Assembly (NCBI GenBank): GCA_964518705.1
Contig: CAZFGV010000005.1
Location: 43,676 to 107,675, forward strand
DNA from: an uncultured Bacteroides sp.
GTDB lineage: Bacteria > Bacteroidota > Bacteroidia > Bacteroidales > Muribaculaceae
DNA: 64,000 bases
Direction: 5' to 3'
The notes under the pieces are model-generated. The model did not search any database, was not told where the DNA came from, and saw only the letters and a program-made list of their open reading frames with translations. Each line of letters begins with the position of its first letter. The first letter of the stretch is position 1. The position numbers were made by a program, and so were the translations under genes. This document shows, one piece after another, positions 18,861 through 27,421 of this stretch.

Positions 18861-18996
18861 TTTGACCGGAGTTCCAGAGCGTGGCCTTTGGTGATTGGTC
18901 TATGGTCCTATGGTAAGCTTTGGTGCTTTGGTTTAAATCCACAAAGGCACGTTGCAAAAGTAACGCTCTGGAACTCCGGCTAAATTTTTCTGATAG
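18861..18996. repeat. composite repeat R2 (same family as R1)
   Basis: 17-bp perfect inverted repeat CCGGAGTTCCAGAGCGT (18866-18882) / ACGCTCTGGAACTCCGG (18963-18979) flanks an 80-nt CTATGG/CTTTGG core. Blocks GCAAAAGTAACGCTCTGG and AAATTTTTCTGATAG are identical to R1 but in reverse complement. Confidence 0.85.
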
Positions 18997-19037
18997 AAAA
19001 GACTCACATTCTTTGGTCAGCATTGAGTTGCACGAAG

Positions 19038-19070
19038 CAAAAAGAGCCCGGCATTCGATTGCCGGGCTCT
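19038..19070 (-). terminator. rho-independent terminator after pbuX
   Basis: 11-bp stem AGAGCCCGGCA / TGCCGGGCTCT followed by TTTTTG on the minus strand. Confidence 0.7.
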
Positions 19071-19089
19071 AATATTGGGTTTATACAAA

Positions 19090-20394
19090 TTAGTTCTTAT
19101 CCTTGGGGAGAACGGCGTTGAGGATGATTGCGAGGAGGAACACTACAGCAACGCAGTTATCACCAAATACAGTCTGCACCATCTGCGGGAAGATGTCGAA
19201 CATACCCGTTGCTTGAGTAAAGCCGAGGCCGATACTGAGCGACATACTTACCATTATCATATTACGATTCGAGAAGCCACACTTGGCAATCATACCGAAG
19301 CCGGCAAACAAAATGGAGCCGAACATCATTATAGTACAACCGCCGAGGACTGCTTGGGGGATAGATGTCAACACAACACCAACAGCCGGGAATAGTCCGC
19401 TGAGAATCATTATCACCGCACCGAGGCCGATAGCAAAACGGTTAACGACTTTCGAAATGGAAATAAGACCAACGTTTTGTGAGAACGAAGTGATAGGAGT
19501 ACAACCGAATAAGCCGCCAATAGAGCTCACAAAGCCATCGCACGCCACCGAGCGACCGAGTTCTGCCGGTTTAACATCACGTCCGAGGGCGCTTGAACAG
19601 AGAACCGACGTGTCGCCGATAGTTTCAGTTGCAGATACCATATATATACACAGCACAGCAAGAATAGCATCGAGGCTGAATTTTGGACTAAACGGCATAA
19701 AAGTAGGCAAAGAGACGACATCAACATTCGTCAACGCCGAGAAATCCACCATACCCAAGCACAACGACAACACATATCCCACCACAAGGCCCACAAGAGT
19801 AGCCAAAGCGCGTAAGGTACCTTTACCGAACACCATAACAATGAGGCACGTAAAAAGTGTCACCGAGCCGACGATCCAATTATTCAACGATCCGAAATCG
19901 GCAGCACCCTGACCTCCGGCAAAGCTATTAGCACCAATAGGTAAAAGCGAAAAACCGATAGCCGTCACCACCGTTGCCGCCACTTCGGGAGAAATTAGAC
20001 GTGTCCAATATTTTGGGAACAAGCCCAAACATCCTTCAACAAGACCGCCGATAATAACAGCCCCGATAAGCACCTCCATGCCCTGCGTTGCCGCTATAGA
20101 TATCGCTAACGACAAGAACGTGAAGCTGATACCCATCACGATAGGCAATTTCGAGCCTACACGCCACACCGGATAAAGTTGCACAAGAGTACCGATACCG
20201 GCAATAATCATACAGTTCTGCACCAAAGCCGAACTAATATCTCGCGGCAACCCGGCAACATTGGCAAGAATAATTATAGGGGTTATATTAGCAACAAACA
20301 TTGCCAGAATGTGTTGCAAACCAAAGGGTAAAGCCTTTAGTACCGGCACTCTGCCATCAAGAGTGTAAATATTATTCAACGATGTGTTGCTCAT
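19090..20394 (-). CDS. pbuX: NCS2-family nucleobase (xanthine/uracil) permease
   Basis: 434 aa polytopic membrane protein with an NCS2-like N-terminus (LPFGLQHILAMF). ATGA-coupled to xpt upstream. The symbol is assigned from synteny only. Confidence 0.75.
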   Translation of the reverse strand: MSNTSLNNIYTLDGRVPVLKALPFGLQHILAMFVANITPIIILANVAGLPRDISSALVQNCMIIAGIGTLVQLYPVWRVGSKLPIVMGISFTFLSLAISIAATQGMEVLIGAVIIGGLVEGCLGLFPKYWTRLISPEVAATVVTAIGFSLLPIGANSFAGGQGAADFGSLNNWIVGSVTLFTCLIVMVFGKGTLRALATLVGLVVGYVLSLCLGMVDFSALTNVDVVSLPTFMPFSPKFSLDAILAVLCIYMVSATETIGDTSVLCSSALGRDVKPAELGRSVACDGFVSSIGGLFGCTPITSFSQNVGLISISKVVNRFAIGLGAVIMILSGLFPAVGVVLTSIPQAVLGGCTIMMFGSILFAGFGMIAKCGFSNRNMIMVSMSLSIGLGFTQATGMFDIFPQMVQTVFGDNCVAVVFLLAIILNAVLPKDKN

Positions 20395-20969
20395 TGACGA
20401 AAAATAATTTCTTGTTTTTCGTAATCCATCGATTCGATAATAGCAATCGATTCAAGATGATATCCTTCTTCACGCAACATACGACCACCGTTTTGCTGAC
20501 CCTTTTCGATAGCGATGCCAATACCAACAACTTGCCCGCCGGCTTGGTGAACAATATCGATAAGCGCCTTCGACGCCTGACCGTCAGCAAGGAAATCGTC
20601 AACAATCAGCACTTTGTCCGTAGCCGACAAATAGGGGCGCGACACGAAAACATTATTCGAGCGCTTGTGCGTAAACGAGTAAGCCTGAGATACATATTTA
20701 TCGTCAGTACAATTTGCCGTTTCGCCCTTTTTAGCAAAAACGACAGGAACGTCGTAGAGATCGCCGAGCAAGGTTGCCATTGCAATGCCGCTGGCTTCGA
20801 TAGTAAGAATTTTGTTGACTTCTTCGCCGCGGAATCGACGCTTGATTTCGTATGCTATCTGACGGATGATATCTACGTCGATTTGGTGATTAAGAAAGTT
20901 GTCTACCTTAAGGATATTGCCTTCCTTAATGACACCATCTTCCAGGATTTTCTCTTCTAAGAAGTTCAT
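20391..20969 (-). CDS. xpt: xanthine phosphoribosyltransferase
   Basis: Start trimmed to MNFLEEKILEDG.. at 20969. PRPP-binding loop VLIVDDFLADGQA. About 192 aa. Confidence 0.85.
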   Translation of the reverse strand: MNFLEEKILEDGVIKEGNILKVDNFLNHQIDVDIIRQIAYEIKRRFRGEEVNKILTIEASGIAMATLLGDLYDVPVVFAKKGETANCTDDKYVSQAYSFTHKRSNNVFVSRPYLSATDKVLIVDDFLADGQASKALIDIVHQAGGQVVGIGIAIEKGQQNGGRMLREEGYHLESIAIIESMDYEKQEIIFRQ

Positions 20970-21121
20970 GAGAATGATTGGTTTACTCGTTGTACTAACG
21001 AAAAATATTAATTTACGAAAATTCAACCATTTGCACACCAAATTACAACTACGTTAAATGTTGATGCACAAATTATTAACAAAGTTCGGCAGAATCCTTG
21101 AATTGTGCAAGAATATGACAT

Positions 21122-21412
21122 AAAAAAAGTCCCTTTGCGTTTCTACAACGATAGGGACCTAAGCCAAGAGGCATTGATTTGTGATTTTATTAAGTCCATA
21201 AGACTTAAACGATAGATTATATCATACTTACTTATCCTTTAAAATCTCACAAATACGTAGCACAAGCCGACTGTCATCACGACGTTAACAGCGCCTCGTT
21301 GCCATAGCTTAGATCATGTTGTTAAAATGCGTAAATAATTGAATGTCCAAGACAAGGCTTGAGAGACTTATAAAGTACTGCAAATTTACTTTTATTTTAG
21401 CACACTGCCAAA
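21122..21412 (-). promoter_or_regulatory. candidate promoter plus about 250-nt structured leader or sRNA ending in an intrinsic terminator, upstream of xpt
   Basis: On the minus strand, TTTG (21412-21409), a 20-nt spacer, then TAAATTTG (21388-21381). A 13-bp helix AUUUGUGA(GA)UUUUA / UAAAAUCACAAAU pairs 21254-21240 with 21190-21178 and encloses hairpin UAAGUC-UUAUG-GACUUA. The terminator GUCCCU...AGGGAC plus U7 lies at 21159-21122. Confidence 0.4.
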
Positions 21413-21500
21413 TATATCACTGACAGTGACTTTTTCTTTAAGGTATTTTAAACCTTTTGTGTGATTTTTTATAATCGAATCTCTGATTGAGGTTTTGGCT

Positions 21501-21554
21501 TAATAAAACACTCAAGGCATCGGTCGTTGTAATTAACGGCCTTAGCCTTGAGTG
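21501..21554 (-). terminator. rho-independent terminator after the distal GH3 gene
   Basis: 10-bp outer stem CACTCAAGGC / GCCTTGAGTG with a further inner stem, followed by TTTTATT on the minus strand. Confidence 0.6.
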
Positions 21555-21568
21555 ACCTAAAACTCACA

Positions 21569-23845
21569 TTACCTCAATGAGAACTTAAGTTTCGTAAGAG
21601 ATGCGGCATTCGGTCCAACCATAACTTCGAAGTCGCCGGGTTCGGCTACAAATTCGAGATTATAATTGTAAAAACGCAACACGTCGGGAGTGATTTCAAA
21701 ATCAACTTTGCGACTTTCACCGGGGGCGAGAGTGATGCGATCGAAATGCTTTAATTCTGCGACAGGGCGAGAGATAGACGCCTGCAAATCTCGAATATAG
21801 AATTGCACTACTTCCGTACCTTCACGCTTACCGGTATTGGTAACCACTACTGATGCCGTGATTTTTCCGTCGGAGGTAAGGTCGGCAGAATCTATTGCAA
21901 AATCGGAATATGCAAATGTTGTATAGCTCAAGCCATAGCCGAACGGATAAAGGGGTGTATTGTCTACATCAATATAATTGCTGCGATATTTTTGGAAATC
22001 CGTTGTCCATTCGCCTTTAGGACGGCCGGTATTCAGATGATTATAGTAAATTGGAATTTGACCTTCATTTCTAGGCATTGTAGCAGTCAAACGTCCCGAC
22101 GGCACAACATCGCCGAATACCACATCAGCAATAGCATCTGCCGATTCGCTGCCGCCAAACCATACATTCAAAATAGCAGGCACGTTCTCTGACTCCCATG
22201 ACATAACCGTCGGACGGCCCGAGAAATTTAACATCACCACAGGCTTGCCTGTTGCCAACAAAGCTTCTAGGAGTTTACGCTGACAGTCGGGCAATGTTAA
22301 CGATGAACGCGATGATGATTCGCCCGATGATTCTGAGGCTTCGCCTACTGCTGCGACAATAACATCAACTCCTTCTGCGGCTTTCAACGCCTCGGCAAGA
22401 AGTTCTTCGTCAGAACGGCTATCTCGCATATCTCGTCCGAAAATTGTTGCAGCGGCTTCGATGACTGAATCGGTATAAACATTAGCACCCTTGGCATAAC
22501 GTATTTCTGCCTTGTCACCTACTGCGTCGGTAAAACCTTGAAGGAGAGTTTTAGGCGCTGTCAAATCGGCAGCGACACTCCAAGTGCCGGGCATATTAGA
22601 TGCTGTATTTGCCATCGGTCCGGTTAGCAATATTTTGCCCTTACGTTCCAAAGGCAACACATTGCCTTCATTCTTTAAAAGTACGAAGGTTTCTGTTGCT
22701 ATACGACGTGCATCAGCACGGTGTTCTGCTGTATAAATATCTGTCTTTTCGCGAGATACGTCATTATACTTATACGGATTTTCAAACAATCCCAAGCGAT
22801 ATTTAGCTTCTAGGACTCTACGGCAAGCGGCATCGATTTCTTCGATAGTTACCCTACCCTGCTTCAACGCTTCTTCGAGGACAGACACAAACGCGCCTGC
22901 CGACATATCCATATCAGTGCCGGCCTTGAGACTGTTAACGGTAGCCGTTTCAAAATCACCAACACCATGAACGGGAATTTCGGCGATTGAGGCATAGTCT
23001 GTAACGACAAAACCGCCAAAGCCCCATTGTTTTCTTAACACATCATCAATAAGCCATTTATTCGCTGTTGCAGGCAAGCCGTCAACGACATTAAACGACG
23101 TCATAAAGCTACCTGCTCCGGCTTCAACACCGGCTTGATAAGGTGCGAAGTATTCGTTATACATACGCAAACGACTCATGTCGACAGTGTTATAATCACG
23201 TCCTGCCTCAGCTGCACCGTAAAGAGCAAAATGCTTTACGCACGCCATGATTTCGTCTTTTGCCGACATATCCTTACCTTGATAACCGCGAATCATAGCT
23301 TTAGCAACGCAGCTACCCAAGTATGGGTCTTCACCCGAGCCTTCGGACATACGTCCCCAACGCGGGTCGCGACTGATGTCTACCATAGGGCTGAATGTCC
23401 AGCACACACCGCCTGCCGACGCTTCTATTGCTGCTACACGGGCTGAGCGTTCGATAGCTTCCATATCCCACGAGCATGACAACGCCAAGGGGATAGGAAA
23501 GACGGTTTCATAGCCATGAATCACGTCCATACCTATAATAAGAGGAATATGCAAACGTGTATTTTCAACGGCAAGACGCTGCAATTCACGAATTTTTTCT
23601 GCGCCTTTGATATTGAATGTACCGCCAACCTTTCCGGCAACGACAGCTGCACCGATATTACTATTCTGTGGCTGTCCGGTAACAATGTCATCCGACGGCG
23701 GCAAATTTATTTGGCCTAATTTTTCTTGAAGTGTCATTTGACCCATAAGGTCGGAAATGAACTTATCCATCTTGGCATCTGTCGTTGCTGATGCCGAAAT
23801 GAGCGCCAACATCGCGGCAGCGACTGTTGTTATCTGTTTTTTCAT
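21569..23845 (-). CDS. GH3 beta-glucosidase (periplasmic)
   Basis: 758 aa with a signal peptide and GH3 motifs (GFGGFVVTDY nucleophile region, KHF.LYG, C-terminal Fn3-like domain). Confidence 0.85.
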   Translation of the reverse strand: MKKQITTVAAAMLALISASATTDAKMDKFISDLMGQMTLQEKLGQINLPPSDDIVTGQPQNSNIGAAVVAGKVGGTFNIKGAEKIRELQRLAVENTRLHIPLIIGMDVIHGYETVFPIPLALSCSWDMEAIERSARVAAIEASAGGVCWTFSPMVDISRDPRWGRMSEGSGEDPYLGSCVAKAMIRGYQGKDMSAKDEIMACVKHFALYGAAEAGRDYNTVDMSRLRMYNEYFAPYQAGVEAGAGSFMTSFNVVDGLPATANKWLIDDVLRKQWGFGGFVVTDYASIAEIPVHGVGDFETATVNSLKAGTDMDMSAGAFVSVLEEALKQGRVTIEEIDAACRRVLEAKYRLGLFENPYKYNDVSREKTDIYTAEHRADARRIATETFVLLKNEGNVLPLERKGKILLTGPMANTASNMPGTWSVAADLTAPKTLLQGFTDAVGDKAEIRYAKGANVYTDSVIEAAATIFGRDMRDSRSDEELLAEALKAAEGVDVIVAAVGEASESSGESSSRSSLTLPDCQRKLLEALLATGKPVVMLNFSGRPTVMSWESENVPAILNVWFGGSESADAIADVVFGDVVPSGRLTATMPRNEGQIPIYYNHLNTGRPKGEWTTDFQKYRSNYIDVDNTPLYPFGYGLSYTTFAYSDFAIDSADLTSDGKITASVVVTNTGKREGTEVVQFYIRDLQASISRPVAELKHFDRITLAPGESRKVDFEITPDVLRFYNYNLEFVAEPGDFEVMVGPNAASLTKLKFSLR

Positions 23846-26064
23846 TTTTCGAGAGTAAATTTAGCGATTGAACGAACATCATCGGCAGCTGCTGCAACCG
23901 AAAGAACGAATTCACCCGGTTCGGCTACCCATGAATGAGTGGCGGCGTCAAAGTAACTAAGGGCGTCTTTGCCGATGGTAAAGCTAACTGTTTTGGTTTC
24001 ACCGGGTTGCAAGTATACTTTCTCAAACGCCTTAAGTTCCTTTACCGGGCGTACTACCGATGCCTTCGGGTCTCCGACATATAATTGCACAACTTCAGCG
24101 CCGGCAAGTTTGCCGGTATTGGTAACATTTACCGTGAGTGTGATATTATCGTTAGCTGTAATTTTTTTTGCCGACAAAACTGCTTTGCCATATTCAAATG
24201 TGGTGTAGCTCAAGCCATGACCGAAAGCAAACAGCGGTTTTGTCTTTTTAGCTTCCGCCCAACGATAACCGACAAGAATGCCTTCCTTATATTCGAGGTC
24301 AACAATATCCGAATCGGCACGTTTAACGCCGGGATAAGCACCAAGTGCATGAGCTCCTACATCATTAAGCGAACGAGGGAAGGTAAATGGCAATTTGCCG
24401 CTAGGATTAACTGCTCCGGTAAGAACGTCGGCAATACTATTACCGGCCTCCGAACCCAAGAACCATGCTTGAACTATTGCCGGAACTTTTGACACCCAAG
24501 GCATTGCTACTGCATTTCCGCTTACGTTTACAACTATCAAATTTGAATTCACTGCAGCAAGTGCTTCGATAACAGCGTCTTGATTATACGGCAATTCGAG
24601 ACCTGCGCGGTCGGAATCTTCGCAATCTTGTCCGGTAGATTTATTTAAACCACCAACAAAAATCACATAATCGGCACTTTTTGCTTTATCAACAGCCTCA
24701 GCGATAAGCACATCGGCAGTGCGGTCGTCTGACAAATCTTGACCGGTAACAACGCCGTTATATTCTCCTGTTACGTCGCCAACATAACCGCGCACCCATT
24801 CTACATCGGCTTTACCGTCGAGGGCGGTGCGAAGGCCGTCGAGGGGTGAAATTTCATGCTGCACTTTCAACGACGACGAACCGCCACCGACAGTCATCAT
24901 CTTGATAGCATTTTCACCGACAACGAGGATTTTAGCTCCTTCTGTCTTGATAGGTAACACGTTACGGTCGTTTTTAAGCAAAACAATACCCTCGGCACCA
25001 ATTTTACGAGCGGCGGCATAATGAGCTTCCGAGCACATCGAGCCCCGTTGATTAGGATTCATTGCCGTACGGAACATCAAACGCAACACGCGACGAGCTT
25101 TGTCGTCGAGGTCCGACGTATCAACCTTTCCGCTTTTTATACGTTCGAAATAAGGCTGAGCGAGGTAATAGCTATCATACGCATTCGAGGCGCCGTTAGA
25201 CAATCCATTAGTCCACGAGCCGAATTCAATATCCAAGCCGTTTTTAATAGCTTCGTCAGTATCATGACAGCCACCCCAGTCGCTAACAACAACACCATCA
25301 AAACCCCATTCATTTTTGAGGATATCGATAAGGAATCGCTTGTTGTGCGACATATGTTCATCTCCATAAAGATTATACGCACCCATAAAACTCCACGCTC
25401 CGGCATCAGAAGCGGCCTTAAATGCGGGCAAATAAATTTCGTAAAGCGTACGATCGTCGATAATTACATTTGTCGAATGGCGGTTAACTTCGTTGTTATT
25501 CAAGGCATAATGCTTCACACACGCAGCAACGCCCTTACTCTGAACGCCTTGCACATACGGTGCTACCATCTGACCTGCCAAATACGGGTCTTCGCCCATA
25601 TACTCGAAATTGCGGCCGTTAAGAGGCGTACGATAAATATTAACACCGGGGCCGAGCAAAATATCTTTTCCACGATAAGCCGCTTCTTCGCCTATACTTT
25701 CGCCATACAAACGGCTCAATGACGTATCCCAAGTAGCAGCGAGAGCCGTCAGCGCAGGGAATGCTACGCATGAATCGTTAGTCCATCCGGCTTGATTCCA
25801 TTCATCCCATAGCACTTCGGGACGAATACCGTGAGGGCCGTCGGTAGTCCACAATTCGGGAATTCCCAAACGCGGAACACCGGCTGAGGAGAACTTGCTC
25901 TGAGCATGGATTATTGCTATTTTTTCTGCTGTTGTCATGCGTGACAATGCATCTTCGACACGCTCTTCCAAAGCAACGTTATTGTCTAGGTATAGTGGAG
26001 TTTGACCAAACACTACCGTCGACAGGGACAATGCTGCGGCTGTAATAAGTGTTCGTGTTTTCAT
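23842..26064 (-). CDS. GH3 beta-glucosidase (second copy)
   Basis: Start trimmed to MKTRTLITAAAL at 26064, sharing 1 nt with the GH5 stop (TAATG). GFDGVVVSDWGG nucleophile motif, KHYALNN. Confidence 0.85.
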   Translation of the reverse strand: MKTRTLITAAALSLSTVVFGQTPLYLDNNVALEERVEDALSRMTTAEKIAIIHAQSKFSSAGVPRLGIPELWTTDGPHGIRPEVLWDEWNQAGWTNDSCVAFPALTALAATWDTSLSRLYGESIGEEAAYRGKDILLGPGVNIYRTPLNGRNFEYMGEDPYLAGQMVAPYVQGVQSKGVAACVKHYALNNNEVNRHSTNVIIDDRTLYEIYLPAFKAASDAGAWSFMGAYNLYGDEHMSHNKRFLIDILKNEWGFDGVVVSDWGGCHDTDEAIKNGLDIEFGSWTNGLSNGASNAYDSYYLAQPYFERIKSGKVDTSDLDDKARRVLRLMFRTAMNPNQRGSMCSEAHYAAARKIGAEGIVLLKNDRNVLPIKTEGAKILVVGENAIKMMTVGGGSSSLKVQHEISPLDGLRTALDGKADVEWVRGYVGDVTGEYNGVVTGQDLSDDRTADVLIAEAVDKAKSADYVIFVGGLNKSTGQDCEDSDRAGLELPYNQDAVIEALAAVNSNLIVVNVSGNAVAMPWVSKVPAIVQAWFLGSEAGNSIADVLTGAVNPSGKLPFTFPRSLNDVGAHALGAYPGVKRADSDIVDLEYKEGILVGYRWAEAKKTKPLFAFGHGLSYTTFEYGKAVLSAKKITANDNITLTVNVTNTGKLAGAEVVQLYVGDPKASVVRPVKELKAFEKVYLQPGETKTVSFTIGKDALSYFDAATHSWVAEPGEFVLSVAAAADDVRSIAKFTLEK

Positions 26065-27308
26065 TATTCTATATTTAGTTTGATTGAGCGAATATATGAT
26101 TTTTGAGGAGTGCAATTTTCAAATCGGCTAGCTTCAACAAAAGACTCCAGCACCGCCTTTGCTGCTGCGCGATCAGGACGTGCGTCGCGGATGTCTTTAT
26201 ACGTTTTACGAGGTGCTTCCGAGAACGATACCACCAAGCTATCCCATGCCTCCGGGCGAGTGATGCCCATCATACAAGAGCCATCAACCTTTTTATAAGG
26301 CCAGAAGGTGTAACCGATATTATTTTCTTCAAGCACATCGCAGAATGCACTTTGCCATTCATCAGTATTATGACCGATTTCGCCCATATACATAGGCAAG
26401 CCGGTGCTGTCGCGGAAGGCGATAAAGGAGTTTATAGCTTCTTTTGTTGCATCTCCGCCATAGCGATGGCAGGTATACATGATTTTATTGTCAAAAGTCC
26501 AATCGGCAAAGGGTTCGAAGTTGCCATTCCATTGCGAGCCGCCGAGAAGGATGATATGATTGGTATCGACTGTTCGAATAGAATCTACCGCACGGCGATA
26601 TAGCGGTTCGAGAGCGGCATTAAGTGCCGGTACTTCTTCAAAATACGGTGCGATGGGCTCGTTCATAAGCTCATAGCCTAATATCTGAGGCTCATTAACA
26701 TATCGCGCCGCTATTTGTTTCCAGATATTACAAAAGAGCTGTTGCGATGTTTCGCTTTCAAACAGCCACGGATAACCATGACTGTCGTCGATATTATCGC
26801 CTGTTTGTCCACCGGGGGCATCATGCATATCTAGAATTAGATACATACCTGCATCTCGGCACCAGCTTACCAAGCTGTCGATACGGTCAAAACCTTCGCC
26901 CGTATTTACCGTGCTGCCCATATAATCTTCATCGGTAAAAAGCTTATAATTGAACGGCAAACGGATGGTATTCGCACCTGTTGATGCTATAAAATCAATA
27001 TCGGCGCGAGTTATATAATTGTCTTTAAATTGTTTCCAAAATTGTGCGGCGTCGTCAGGTCCTACCAACTCACAAAGCATACGCTCTATAAAATGAGGCG
27101 AGTTTGTGGCTTGAAAACCAAACATATATCCTTCCGGATTAAGCCAATTGCCGAGGTTTGTTCCTCGTATAAAAAATTTAGAGCCATCGGGGGCTATAAG
27201 ATCTTTGCCCTCTATGCGCATAAAATCGTTCGGCGACACTGTCTCTTCTTTTGGTGCTGTGCATGCAAAAGCTAGAGTTGCCAGCGCACTATATAGCAGT
27301 TTTTTCAT
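26064..27308 (-). CDS. GH5-family beta-glycanase (cellulase superfamily)
   Basis: Signal/lipoprotein N-terminus (LAFAC). Acid/base motif ELMNEP and nucleophile region YMGEIGH. Confidence 0.75.
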   Translation of the reverse strand: MKKLLYSALATLAFACTAPKEETVSPNDFMRIEGKDLIAPDGSKFFIRGTNLGNWLNPEGYMFGFQATNSPHFIERMLCELVGPDDAAQFWKQFKDNYITRADIDFIASTGANTIRLPFNYKLFTDEDYMGSTVNTGEGFDRIDSLVSWCRDAGMYLILDMHDAPGGQTGDNIDDSHGYPWLFESETSQQLFCNIWKQIAARYVNEPQILGYELMNEPIAPYFEEVPALNAALEPLYRRAVDSIRTVDTNHIILLGGSQWNGNFEPFADWTFDNKIMYTCHRYGGDATKEAINSFIAFRDSTGLPMYMGEIGHNTDEWQSAFCDVLEENNIGYTFWPYKKVDGSCMMGITRPEAWDSLVVSFSEAPRKTYKDIRDARPDRAAAKAVLESFVEASRFENCTPQKSYIRSIKLNIE

Positions 27309-27359
27309 TAGTTCTTAGATTGAAGGTTTAACGGAGGTCGTCGTTTTAAAATCTGTGTT

Positions 27360-27382
27360 CCTGCCACTTTAATCGTGGCAGG
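27360..27382 (-). other. intra-operon hairpin between GH16 and GH5
   Basis: 8-bp stem CCTGCCAC / GTGGCAGG. The T-run is displaced by about 9 nt, so at best this is a weak terminator or a processing site. Confidence 0.25.
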
Positions 27383-27421
27383 AGCAACAGCTTCGAAATA
27401 TAGAGAATAATCAATACTATC

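Noticed and set aside
9882-18996. Calling the bracketed operon a defined mobile element or active shufflon
   Set aside because: The window contains no transposase, integrase or invertase gene, no clear target-site duplication at the outer boundaries, and no tRNA attachment site. Only the repeat geometry is observed, so it is reported as a finding to test rather than annotated as a mobile_element.
18760-19023. 87-aa ORF (minus) over repeat R2, and the 71-aa ORF at 10210-10425 (+)
   Set aside because: The first lies entirely in repeat/intergenic DNA with no RBS or promoter logic. The second is mostly antisense to the 823-aa gene. Both have odd composition and are most likely spurious.
21160-21375. 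Guanine/purine riboswitch upstream of xpt-pbuX
   Set aside because: xpt-pbuX is the classic purine-riboswitch operon. However, the minus-strand leader lacks the conserved aptamer elements I know (UAUAAU junction context, AUAUGG L2, GUUUCUACC J2/3, CCGUAAAU L3, GACUA). I kept it only as an unclassified structured leader.
25021-25722. 233-aa ORF (+) inside the GH3 gene. The same applies to 6581-7120 (-), 7169-7726 (-), 19283-19912 (+), 20301-20960 (+), 45406-45999 (+) and 12359-12808 (+)
   Set aside because: All are antisense or out-of-frame shadows of strongly supported genes (GH3, bamA, pbuX, xpt, S9 peptidase, adhesin). They are low-complexity or Arg/Cys/His-rich and carry no recognisable motifs.
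26065-26115. 17-aa N-terminal extension of the second GH3 ORF
   Set aside because: It would overlap the GH5 coding end by 52 nt. The internal Met at 26064 starts a typical signal peptide and forms a TAATG stop/start junction.
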